Of a stretch of 64,000 bases of DNA, positions 11,807 to 23,530 are shown piece by piece (within the stretch, counting starts at the first letter, position 1; each line of letters begins with the position of its first letter). The notes under the pieces were generated by a model. The model did not search any database. It was not told where the DNA came from and saw nothing but the letters and a program-made list of their open reading frames with translations. This DNA is from Octopus sinensis (taxonomy: Eukaryota). Both the position numbers and the translations under genes were made by a program. The stretch lies in NCBI RefSeq assembly GCF_006345805.1, contig NC_043004.1, positions 43,090,001 to 43,154,000 on the forward strand, read 5' to 3'.

Positions 11807-14800
11807 CGTGAACATTCGATCAACTGTCCACTAGTATAAATTCGATCAACCGGCCAATAGCGAAAATTCGATCAACTGTCCAGTGGTGCATATTCGATCA
11901 ACTGTTCACTAGTGAAAATTCAATCAACTGTCCACTAGTGAAAATTCGATCAACTGTCCACTGGTGTAAATTCGATCAACTGTCCACTAACGAATATTCG
12001 ATCAACTATCCACAAGGGAAAATTCGATCAACTGTCCACTGCCGTAAATTCGATCAAGTGTCCACTAGAGAACATTCGATCAACTGTCCACTACTGAAAA
12101 TTCGATCAACAGTCCACTTGTGTAAATTCGATCAACTGTCCTCTAAGAAATATTCGATCAAATGACAACTAGTGCAAATTCGATCAACTGTGTACTAGTG
12201 AACATTCGATCAGCTGTCTACTGGAGTAAACTTGATCAACTGTAACTAGCGAACATTCGATCAACTGTCCACCAGTGAAATTTCGATCAACTGTCCATTA
12301 GTCTAAATTCGATCAACTGTCCACTAGTGTAAATTTGATCAACTGGTCACTAGTGAAAATTCGATCAACTATCCGCTAGTGAAAATTCGATCAACTGTCC
12401 ACTGGTGAAAATTCGATCAACTGTCCACTAACGAACATTCGATCAACTGTCCACTAAGGAAAATTCGATCAACTGTCCACTGGTGTAAATTCGATAAACT
12501 GTCCACTAGAGAACATTCCATCAACTGTCCACTGGTGAAAATTCAATCAACTGTCCACTAGTCTAAATTCGATCAATTGTCCACTAGTGAAAATTCGATC
12601 AACTGTCCACTAGTGAAAATTCGATCAAATGTTCACTTGTGTAAATTCGATCAACTGTTCACTAGTGAAAATTCGATCAACTGTCCACTAAATTCGATCA
12701 ATGACAACTAGTGAAAATTCGATCAACTGTCAACTGATGTATATTCGATCAACAGTCCACTTGTGTAAATTCGATCAACTGACCTCAAGCAAATATTCGA
12801 TCAAATGACAACTAGTGAAAATTCGATCAACTGTCTAGTAGTGAAAATTCGATCAACTGTCTACTGGTGTAAATTTGATCAACTGTAACTAGCGAACTTT
12901 CGATCAACTGTCCACCAGTGAAAATTCGATCAACTGTCCATTAGTCTAAATTCCATCAACTGTCCGCTAGTCTAAATTCGATCAACTGTTCAGTAGTGAA
13001 AATTCGATCAACTGTCCACCAGTGAAAATTCGATCAACTGTCCACTAGGGAAAATTCGATCAACTGTCCACTAACGAACATTCGATTAACTGTCCACTAA
13101 CGAAAATTAGATCAACTGTCCACTGGTGTAAATTCGATCAACTGTCCACTAGTGAAAATTCGATCAACTGTCCATTTGTGTAAATTCGATCAACTGTCCA
13201 CGAGTGAAATTTCGATCAACTCTCCACCGGTGTGAATTCGATCAACTGTCCACTAGTGAAATTTCGATCAACTCTCCAGCGGTGTAAATTGCATCAACAG
13301 TTCTCTCGCAAAAATTCGATCAAATGACAATTAGTTAAAATTCGATCAACTGTCCACTGGTGTATATTCGATTAACTGTCTACTAGTGAAAATTCGATCA
13401 ACTGTCCACCGGTGTAAATTTGATCAACTGTGTAATTTCGATCAACTGTCCACTAGTGAACATTCGATCAACAGTCCACTAGTGAAAATTTGATCAACTG
13501 TTCACTTGAGTAAATTCGATCAACTGTCCACTAGTGAAAATTCGATCAACTGTCCTCTGGTGTAAATTCGATCAACTGTCCACTACCGAACATACGATCA
13601 ACTGTCCACTAGTCTAAATTCGAGCAATTGTCCACGAGTGTAAATTCGATCAACTGTCCTCTAGCAAAAATTCGATAAAATGTCCACTATTGAAAATTCG
13701 ACCAATTGTCCGCTGGTTTAAATTCGATCAATTGACCACTAGTGAAAATTCGATCAACTGTCCACTTGTGTAAGTTCGATCAACTGTCCACTAGCGAACA
13801 TTCGATCAAATGCCCACCAGTGAAAATTCGATCAACTGTCCACTAGTCTAAATTCGATCATCTGTCCACCTGTGTAACTTCGATCAACTCTCCACTAGTG
13901 AAAATTCGATCACCTGAACACTAGTCTAATTCGATTAACTGTCCACCAGTGAAAATTCGATCAACTGTCCGCTTGTCTAAATTCGATCAACTGTCAACTA
14001 GTGTAAATTCGATCAACTGTCCACTAGTGAAAATTCGATCAACTGTCCACTAGTGAAAATTCGATCAACTGTCCACTGGTGTAAATTCGATCAACTGTCC
14101 ACTAGTGAAAATTCGATCAACTGAACACTAGTCTAAATTCGATCAATTGTCCATTCGGTCAACTGTCCTCTGGCAAAAATTCGATCAAATGACAGCTAGT
14201 GAAAATTGGATCAACTGTCCACTGGTATAAATTCGATCAACTGTCCACTAGATAAAATTCGATATACTATCCACATATGTAAATTCGATCAACTCTCCTC
14301 TAGTCAACATTCGATCAAATGTCCACCAGTGAAAATTCGATCAACTGTCCACTAGTCTAAATTCGATCATCTGTCCACCTGTGTAAATTCGATCAACTCT
14401 CCACTGGTGAAAATTCGATCACCTGAATACTAGTCTAAATTCGATTAACTGTCCACCAGTAAAAATTCGATCAACTGTCCACCAGTGACAATTTGATCAA
14501 CTGTCCACTTGTGTAAATTCGATAAACTGTGTAAATTCGATCAACTGTCCACTAGTGAACATTCGATCAACTCTCCACTGGTAAAAATCGATCAACTGTC
14601 CACTGGTGTAAATTCGATCAACTGTCCACTAGCGAACATTTGACCAACTGTACATCAGTCTAAATTCGATCAACTGTCCTCTAGTGAACATTCGATCAAA
14701 TGTACACCAGTGAAAATTCGATCAACTATCCTCTAGTCAACATTCGATCAAATGTCCACCAGTGAAAATTCGATCAATTGTCTACTTGTGTAAATTCGAT

Positions 14801-15159
14801 CAACTGTCCACTAGTGAAATTTGATCAACTGTCCATTAGTGAAATTTCGATCAACTGTCCACTAGTGAAAATTCGATCAACTGTCCACCGGTGTAAATTC
14901 GGTCAACTGTCCACTAGCGAACATTCGATCAACTGTCCACCAGTGTAAATTTGATCAACTGTCCACTAGTCTAAATTCGATGAACTGTCCACTAGTGTAA
15001 ATTCGATCAACTTTCCACTAGTGTAAATTCGATCAACCGTCCCCTAGTGTAAATTCGATCAACTGTTCACTGGTGTATATTCGATCAACTGTCCACTAGT
15101 GTAAATTCGATCAACTGTCCCCTAGTTAAATTCGATCAACTGCCCGCTAGTGTAAATTC
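11807..15159. repeat. 26-bp minisatellite array (about 129 units)
   Basis: Consensus aaaattcgatcaactgtccactagtg. Period 26 checked at 13982/14008/14034. No spacers between units. Confidence 0.97.
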
Positions 15160-15910
15160 AAAAGAGATTTGACTGCTATTCTAGGTAATCGTGTGTACCC
15201 AAAGCTGCAATATCGAAAGTGTCCTTCCTTTAAGAATTGGTGTGATTCGAAAGAGGTTTGACTGCTATTTCTAGGCAATCGTGTGTACCCAAAGCAGCAA
15301 TACCGAAAGTTTCTTTCCTTTAAGACATGATGTGATTGAAAAGAGATTTGACTGCTATTTTTAGGTAATCGTGTATACCCAAAGCTGCAATCTCGAAAGT
15401 TTCCTTCCCTTAAGAATTGGTGTCATTCGAAAGAGATTTGACTGCTCTTTCCAGGTACTGGTGTGTACCCAAAGCTGCAATATCGAAAGTGTCCTTCCTT
15501 TAAGACATGGTGTGATTCGAAAGAGATTTGACTGTTATTTCTAGGTAATCGTGTGTACCCAAAGCTGCAATATCGAAAGTGTCCTTCCCTTTAGTAATGG
15601 TGTGATTCGAAAGAGATTTAACTGCTATTTCTAGGTATTGGTGTGTACCCGAATCTGCATTATCGAAAATGTCCTTCTTTTAAGACATGATGTCATACGA
15701 AAGAGATTTGACTGCTATTTTTAGGTAATCGTCTGTACCCAAAGCTGCAATATCGAAAGTGTCCTTCCTTTAAGTGATGGTGTGATTCGAAAGAGATTTG
15801 CATGCTATTTCTAGGTAATCGTTTGTACCCAAACCTGCAATATCGAAAGTTTCCTTCCTTTAAGTGATGGTATGATTCGAAAGAGATTTGACTGTTATTT
15901 CTAGGTAATT
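15160..15910. repeat. 90-bp satellite, right block (about 8 units)
   Basis: Units start at 15421, 15511 and 15601 (period 90). Same unit as the left block. Confidence 0.97.
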
Positions 15911-16479
15911 GTCTAGGTGAAAATATCATATAGATAGTACTTCTACTCTCCATATAGCCACATTGCGATTTTAGTAGAACCTTGCCAGCAACGTGCAGAA
16001 ACAAACTGTCCAGCATTCCCTTACAAAGAAACTTCCAAGCAAGCCCTAACGGACAGATGCTTCGATGATTATCACAGACAGTATTGGTTGGGATAACTAG
16101 AATCGTATTGCATGTGTATATGTGTAGGTGTTTTTCTTGGCATGTTTGTGGGTTTGTGCTCGAACGTGGAGATATGGTGTTTATGCACATGTGTGTACGT
16201 ATGTGTGTGTGCTTGTGTGGGAGTTTTGCATTGTATTTGAGTGTGTTTCTACATCTATGTGTGTTTGCTGTGGATGTGTACCTGGGAGATATGTTAGAGT
16301 ATGTTGAGTTACGTTCTAATTTTTTGAATAAGTATATTTTCCTTATTTATTCGTGTTTGGGCAGTGGTATAGTAATGAAAATCAAATTTACTAGTGTTTT
16401 AAGGATTACCATATTTGATGTTACTTAAATAATGATTATTATTCGCACATTATGGAAGGAAGAATATAGTAGCCCGTGA

Positions 16480-16545
16480 CATACATATATACCACGGGCT
16501 ACTTTCAGTTTCCTTCTACCACTCGCTAGGCTTTGGTTGTCCCTA
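16480..16545 (-). mobile_element. SINE family A internal fragment
   Basis: Reverse complement reads accaaagcctagcgagtggtagaaggaaactgaaagtagcccgtggtatatatg, matching 4485-4545. Confidence 0.7.
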
Positions 16546-16862
16546 ATTGCCATACAGTAGCAATAAGCCTGGAAACATGCGGTTGGAAAGGAAGCTTCTT
16601 AGCTCACAGTTACACCTGTACCTATATTTATATATATATTCATATACAAAGTGCGACATGCCTCGTTCTTTGAACTACACGTACAACACATATTTCCCAG
16701 CTGAACCGACTGGGGCAACTTCAAATATAGTGTTTTGCTCAGGATCTCAAAACGTCGCCAGAAATAAAATCCACGATATTACGATCGTAACTACTATGCA
16801 CGCGCGCGCACACACACACACAGACACACAGACACACACACACACACACAGACACACACACA

Positions 16863-16905
<43 letters not shown>

Positions 16906-17245
16906 GACTTCATTTATTCTGATAAAATTATATATTTTTTCTTTCTAGTCTGAACTGTCATAATTATATTTCTCTCTGTGTGAATGCTAATTCATATAAA
17001 ATATTGTTGCTGTATTATTATCAAAGAAATTTTTCAAACATTCAAATCGCATTATTTTTGTATTTATATTTACTCGGAAAATCCATAACACTTGTTTTCC
17101 TTTTGTAATTTAAATGTTAACTTAAACGTTTTCCTTTATAAATGTCGTATACTGGCATCAGGAAAAGAAGTAACCATTACTATTGAAAAAATGAAACTCT
17201 TTTTAAAATCTGTATACATGCGACTTGTAACTTCTTTACTTTCAG

Positions 17246-17333
17246 GAAGACCACAATGCGTTCTAAACTCTTAAGAATTGTACATAAATCACCAGTTCTG
17301 AGCAATCTTACTACATCCTGCCTCTGTAAAGGA
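17246..17333 (+). other. Candidate exon with ATG (MRSKLLRIVHKSPVLSNLTTSCLCKG)
   Basis: cttctttactttcag|GAAGACCACAATG...AAAGGA|gtaagc. Open frame, basic and hydroxylated, no acidic residues. No downstream partner exon identified. Confidence 0.3.
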
Positions 17334-19075
17334 GTAAGCAAAATGTGATACAATTCAAAGCAAATAAACACCCCTGAACTATACATAAGTATGTTTTAAC
17401 GCCTGTGGCGTTCAGTGAATCCGTGAATCGAACAAATGATACGCATGATGTGCATCATCCAAAGCAATGTAAAACTCAAATGTTGCCTCTCCTTATGTAA
17501 CTTAGCCGCATACATTATACATAACACTGGTAGTACTAGAGGAGAATTCTAACGGAGCCTCAATAAGTTCAAATACAATGAAAATTGTTAATGGCAACGT
17601 GAATCAACGATGTTTAATTTTGTCCAATAAAGAACGTATAAATTAACAATATAGAAAATTATTACATCAGTGAAATCGCTATATAATACTGACAAACGTT
17701 CAAATTAGAATGAATAGACAAATAATTCGAATTACTAGGAAATAAATACTCTATAATAATATTTATATCAATATATAAAAACGGTTATTTGCATGAACAT
17801 GTGTTTGGGCGAATGTTGGTGTATATTTATAAACGCGCACACAAAACTATTGTGAAATGTTGTTAAGAAAATGCACTAAATTTTCCAATGAAACATAAAA
17901 CAAATTAGATGAAGTGGTTGACGTTTCACTACTCACGTTTCAGCATACACGATTCTTTTAATTATTCTGTAACTGCGTACCTCAATTATAAGCGCTTGGA
18001 CGCGGTGTGCACATCGATTGACTTTGTCGTAGATAGAATGATAAGATATAACGGATATGCGTTCGACGTCGGAAAAATGAAAGCCAGAGACATCAGTGTT
18101 GCAATTTCAAATCAATATAGAACAAGATTTAGATTGCATTAATTATTTGATAACTTCTAAGCCAACATTTTTCAATTTTAGACGCATTTTAATTTTGCAT
18201 TAAAAAATAAATTACGTTTTAAAATGCTAGTGCATTGTTTCAATTAACCAATGGAAGTTCTAACCAACATTGACCACGAACTCTTGATTAACTGATATTT
18301 AATCAATTTCGAGCTGAATGAGTGTACAGATTCAATGAAGGCGTTTACAGGTCTGAAGGTATAGAGATTGCACTTACTGTTTAGATGTAATTTAGTTTAT
18401 GAGTATAAAAATATTTGCCGATAAAGATAATTATGAAGTTGAATGCCTTGGTAATATCATTAAGAATATAAATATCATACACAGAAACCTCTTTCCACAG
18501 AATATAATAACTTTCTATGTACAATTTCACGCACTCTGCTTACAAAATTTAGAAATACATTTTGTCTTTTAATATATATAAAAAGATAAAAAGAAGTAAT
18601 GTAAATTTGCACTCATATGGATTTGTTCACTATCTACGTGCATTTGTACATAAGTACATACATATATAGTTATGTGTGAATGCGTTCGCATGTGTATATA
18701 TATATATTTATGTATGTATGTGTATGTATTTATTATGCGCTTTTTAGAACTTTTATAGTAAAATTTGCATTTCTTTTCTTAAATGATATAAGCTTAAAAC
18801 TAATTTGCGTTTAAACTCATGAAATTGATAAAAATAAGCGCATTAAAATGTAATGAGTTGTGTCAAATTCTCTGCAGATATATGAAACTGAGGATCACTT
18901 CATGATATCACTGTGTATATATAGTGAGTTACTATCACGCTCACACTTAAATCCAGTGCATGGTTTCAAGACGAGCGTTCCTCCTCAAACATGCAAACAC
19001 TCTCACGCACACGCAAGTCTATACATGAGTACATAACAATAGTTATATATCAATTGACACGAATTTATATATATA

Positions 19076-19123
<48 letters not shown>

Positions 19124-19147
19124 TATATATTATCTCTCTCTCTCTCT

Positions 19148-19194
<47 letters not shown>

Positions 19195-19219
19195 TATATA
19201 TACATATATATATATATAT

Positions 19220-19430
19220 CTGTAAAATAATATGTGACAGTTATTCGGTAGCCAAGATAAAACTCTGAGTTTCGGATGCCGAGATGGAAATCCACAACAC
19301 CATCTCTTCGGTTATCTGGCCATCTGAAAAATGCTGTGAATAATTGCCACATATTATTTTACAGATAAATTTCCTCTGTTTACATAATATTGTCTCTTTC
19401 TTTCTTTTGTTATCTTACCATTTTTACCAA
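19220..19430 (-). mobile_element. Short (TA)n-associated element carrying a hammerhead-like motif (family H4)
   Basis: Lies between (TA)n tracts. Internal inverted repeats 19220-19246/19337-19363 flank the ribozyme motif. Homologous to 5990-6190. Confidence 0.7.
19251..19320 (-). ncRNA. Type I hammerhead ribozyme, degenerate (core CCGAAGA)
   Basis: Minus: helix I gccagataa/ttatc(t)tggc; core CcGAAGA; helix II gatg/catc with an extra C; GAAA; helix III a-ctc-a-gag-t; site GUU. Confidence 0.55.
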
Positions 19431-19499
19431 TATATATACATATGTATATATATACATATATATGTATATATGCTCACACACACACAGACATATATATAT

Positions 19500-19550
<51 letters not shown>

Positions 19551-19577
19551 GCTTATATATATATATACATACATATG

Positions 19578-19735
19578 TAACGACGTAGAACTCCGACGGT
19601 TACGACGGCATGAGTTCCATTTGATCCGATCATCGGAACAGCCTGCTCCTGAAAGTAATGTATAAGTGGCTGAGCACTCCTCAGACACGTGTACAGTTTA
19701 CGTAGATCTTGGGGAGATTGAGTGTGACACAATAA
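19578..19735 (-). mobile_element. SINE 3' fragment (probably family C)
   Basis: aacagcctgctc..gtggctgagcactc..agacacgtgtac..ggggagatt resembles a recalled cephalopod SINE body. Assignment is from memory only. Confidence 0.45.
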
Positions 19736-20084
19736 GTATCCAGATATAAGAGCATCTGGTAGCATGACTGAAGAATGAAGAATGACACGTTCTTTTTTTC
19801 CAGTCCCTCTAGTTGTTTTTCCTGTCCGCCCGTGTATCACCTATCTGTCTGAATATGTTATTGTCCTTTATTGCGTTTTTGTCCCACTTTTTAAGAATAT
19901 TTATATATACATATAGCGGCGTACGTACACACCTGTGCTTACGTATATATATATATACCTATATATAGACACCGGAACACACACACACATATAAACTGTG
20001 CACATAAGAAGGTCAATGTCATTCACCTTCTCGATCGTAGCATTCTCCCTTAGATCTCATTCGAGTCTTACATGCGTTGTGGCC

Positions 20085-21372
20085 CTTTCAAATGCTTCCA
20101 CGCCACACTACACTTTTTTGCCATGCAGCTCGATCCAAAGCAAACGTGTCTATGTCTTCTAGATCCATTCCAAGTGATTTTATTGTAGTCCTTATGCTGT
20201 CCATAAAATTATTTTTTGGTTTACGTCGATAGCGTTTCCCCTCTGCAAGCTCACCATAGAGAAGCCTTTGTAGCATGCCTTCATCCGCCTTTCGAATAAT
20301 ATCGCCGCACTATCTCATTTGGTTCCTCAGAATCATAACTTTAATTGAAGTGATGCCCGCAGATGAAAGGATATCCGTGTTTGGATTAAAAGAACTTCAT
20401 TTAATGTTTAAAATGCGATGAAGGGATTCTTGGTGGAATTGTTCTATCAATTTAAAATGCCTTTTATAACAAGTCCATGTTTCAAAATAATTCAACAGGG
20501 GATGGTAAGACAAAATATTTGTAAAGAGCCAGTTTTATATTCTTAATTATATTTCGCTGACTCCAAACCAACACATGCATTTGATGCTCTTTGAATTCGC
20601 AGATTTATTTGTCTATCAAGATTTCCATCATTTTATACAGAGCTTCCAAAGTAGATAAACGAATAGACAGCCTCATGTCATGTAACTTACCCTTAACAAA
20701 AATTTTAGTGTAGTTACAATCAGCACCACATGCATTACAACTGTTTTTATTTTCTTCAAGTTGATGGTCAAGCCAAAATGATCACAAGCTGAGTCAGACG
20801 CAGATATAAGAGATTGCAGACCAGTTTCAGAATGACTGACAGGATTGTAATCGTTAGCGTATAAAAGTTCTCTAATGAGTGAAGTAAAAACCTTCGTTTC
20901 GAATTTCAGACTGGTAGGATTAAAAAAGTTCCTTGTTGTTCGATATTTTATGTAAACACCCTCCTCAAAAGGTTTGAAAAGCATGTGACAACGCATCAGC
21001 AAGGTATATTGCAAAGAGTGTGGGTGCATCAAAGTCCCATTGCTTTACTGCATTTTCCACGGCAAAAGGTCCAGAGTGCCTCCCAAAAAGTTAACTCTAG
21101 CTTCCATACTTTGATACAAAAACATGATCGTGTTTACAATTTTTTCTGGGTAACCTATCGAATGCTTTGCTCAAATCAAGATAGCAATGGTATAGAGCAT
21201 GAATCTGTTCAGTGCACTTTGCTTGCAATTGTCTGATAGTAAAGATACAATCAGCTGTGCCCCTGTAGGAACGAAAACTACACCGACTCAGACATTATAT
21301 TTAGAAATATGAAGGTATTTAAACGTTCTAACAAAATGCGTGCAAGTACCTTTGCAACCACAGACAAAAGCA
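20085..21372 (-). mobile_element. RTE/BovB-type LINE, RT to C-terminus, degraded
   Basis: Minus-strand translations: LLSVVAKVLARILLERL; RQLQAKCTEQ..YLDLSKAFD; VKQW..APTLF; ELLYAND (YADD); FGLTINLKK; RLLYGELAEGKR..KPK..DRAAW. Confidence 0.9.
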
Positions 21373-21379
21373 AAATCCC

Positions 21380-21771
21380 ATGAAAATTACCATACAGATC
21401 ATTTGGCACTGATTTATACAAGGAGACTAAAATGGCATCAATCTAATCTTTTCAATAGATCCAGTGAGAACAGCAAATGGACGTTTGCTTCTGACTGACA
21501 CCGCTTCTATTCATAAGAGTTGAGTAGAACATTTTTCTCAACGTTTGAATAGACTATCATCTACTGACATGAGGACAACAGAAACAATTGAACAGCTTAT
21601 AGTTATAGAACTCTAGATGATATTTATTTAGCTGTGAATATGCTGAATAACAATAAGACTGCAGAGTCTGATGGAATCTGTGCAGATGTCTTGAAATATG
21701 GTAGTGACAAGGTGTTTGAACTCTTAAATATATTAATTTATTGCTGTTGGAGAACTGAGAAAGTGCCTCAA

Positions 21772-21773
<2 letters not shown>
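21380..21773 (+). mobile_element. RTE-type LINE pre-RT segment, inverted relative to 20085-21372
   Basis: PVRTANGRLLLTD..EHFSQRLNR..AVNMLNNNKTAESDGICADVLKYG..CWRTEKVPQ, the region normally just upstream of the RT. Confidence 0.85.
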
Positions 21774-21828
<55 letters not shown>

Positions 21829-21837
<9 letters not shown>

Positions 21838-22250
21838 GAGGGCATTATACATACATGCCAGAGGGCATTATACATACATGCCACACGCTAAGAGGGACAA
21901 TTAGTCATTTCTACCAAAAATATTACTAATCCCACCGAATGCAATTTTTCAAAGTAAGACATTTAAAAAATATAGACCTGTATCACAGTGATTTCATACT
22001 TACGTATTCATCAGCAGGCCTGAATGTATCATAAATAAACGACCCTGTCCCGCTTAAGCCGATCAGCTAACTGATCAACATCAACGAAGCACATGGGTGA
22101 GTTTACATATAATACATCCTGTAAATGGCATACTTTTACGAATTGCATTTCGGGAAAGGAAAAGTTTTTTCGGAATAAAAATTTAGCAATTAACTTAATA
22201 AGGAAAACTTAACAAGTTTTCCTTATTAAGTAGTTGTCCTTAATTGCTAT
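21829..22250 (-). mobile_element. Hammerhead-bearing non-autonomous element, family H1 (retrozyme/PLE-pLTR-like)
   Basis: Reverse complement of 39330-39733. The 3' end merges into (TA)n. There is a fold-back hairpin at the 5' end. Confidence 0.85.
21974..22021 (-). ncRNA. Type I hammerhead ribozyme (H1), fully paired
   Basis: aggcctg CTGATGA atac gtaa gtat GAAA tcac t gtga t a caggtct. Predicted AUA cleavage between 21981 and 21980. Confidence 0.85.
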
Positions 22251-22269
22251 ATATATATATAATATATAT

Positions 22270-22395
22270 ATGTATAATGAGAATTTACAAAAGTAGAAGA
22301 GACGAAGACGGCTGCGTAGCCAATAAACAGATGTATAAGTTGATTGCTCGGGGAGTGAGAAAGTCTTCTACGTTTCGAGAGTAAGGGAGACAAAA
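22270..22395 (-). mobile_element. Penelope-like 3'-end fragment with a half hammerhead (GAAACGUA)
   Basis: Homologous to 25200-25300 (acagatgta..gctcggg..ctacgtttcgag). Confidence 0.6.
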
Positions 22396-22407
22396 AAAAA
22401 AAGATTT

Positions 22408-22472
<65 letters not shown>

Positions 22473-22619
22473 ATATATACAAATATATACATTTACATAC
22501 ATATATGTATATACATATATACGTATATACGTATGTATATTATGCATATATGCATATATATATATATATATATATACAAAGATAAATGCGATACAATAAA
22601 ATTAATTATAATCGCCGGT

Positions 22620-23064
22620 GTACCAGTACACGCCATATATTATACATATATCATTACATTCAAGGCGAAGAGTGTACTAGATACACAATAGCTGGATAAA
22701 TTTAGTGAGATGAGAATTAAAAACTTTTACAAACTTAACTTTTCTTATACTGCAGTTTCGCCAAATTCAGTAATAAAAATAGTATTTATTTACTCAGGCT
22801 GGCTCTTCAGTAAGATTCCTGATACATCCCTTAGCTTAGACGTTTTTTCGGTGGTAGGGAACCAGATCGAACGATCTCAAGTGTAAATGGCCGAAATGGC
22901 CGTGACGTCTCTAACTTGTCAGATGAAAGAAATCCAAGAATAAGCCGCCTTTTTTTGCCTGTTCTTCTAATTGTTTTTGTCTTTCTTGTCCGCCTTTGTA
23001 TTGGCTGTCAGCCCGAACGTTTAAATGCTCTTAATTGCGTTTTTGTTGTATTTATATATTTATG

Positions 23065-23120
<56 letters not shown>

Positions 23121-23530
23121 TATATATATATATATATATTATATATATATATATATATATAGCGGCGTACGTACATCCTAGTGCTCACCTTATATTAGAT
23201 ATGTATCTAAATTTTGTACGACGCTTACGCCATCTTTTATTCTCCTCTCAAATTTCTTTCTTTTCTCGCTTCCCCCCCTCTCACATTTCTTGGCCCTCTC
23301 TCCCACTATTTCCAACTCGTTTATCTCCCCTGTACCTTTCTTTATCTCTGATTTTTTCTAATCTTTCAATCCCACTCTCCCCAACCCTTCTCTCCTCCTT
23401 CCACATGACCGGTGTCCGTTCGGTCATGATCTTTCTTTCTAGACCTGACTGCCGACTGCCAACACCTCTTGTGTCCATGTCGCATGTTCGTGTCTTTAGG
23501 CTTTCACTTCATATTTGCCAGCTTAATTTG
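22620..23530. mobile_element. Composite PLE-associated repeat (pLTR-like piece plus pyrimidine-rich tail)
   Basis: Contains H2. 22950-23200 is shared with 19790-19950 (atagcggcgtacgtaca). Long CT-rich tract. Confidence 0.45.
22743..22815 (-). ncRNA. Type I hammerhead ribozyme (H2)
   Basis: tctta CTGAAGA gcca[long AU-rich hairpin]tggc GAAA ctgcag t a taaga. Helix III is the palindrome ACUGCAGU. GUA site at 22748. Confidence 0.8.

Noticed and set aside
11938-12165. ORF with repeating KIRSTVH/KFDQLST peptide
   Set aside because: Read-through of the 26-bp repeat; all frames are otherwise full of stops.
11807-15159. CRISPR-like array
   Set aside because: Units are contiguous 26-mers with point variation only. 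There are no unique spacers, leader or cas genes, and the context is eukaryotic.
10850-16047. aagcaagccct shared on both sides of the satellite as possible element ends
   Set aside because: Only 11 bp, asymmetrically placed; compatible with chance.
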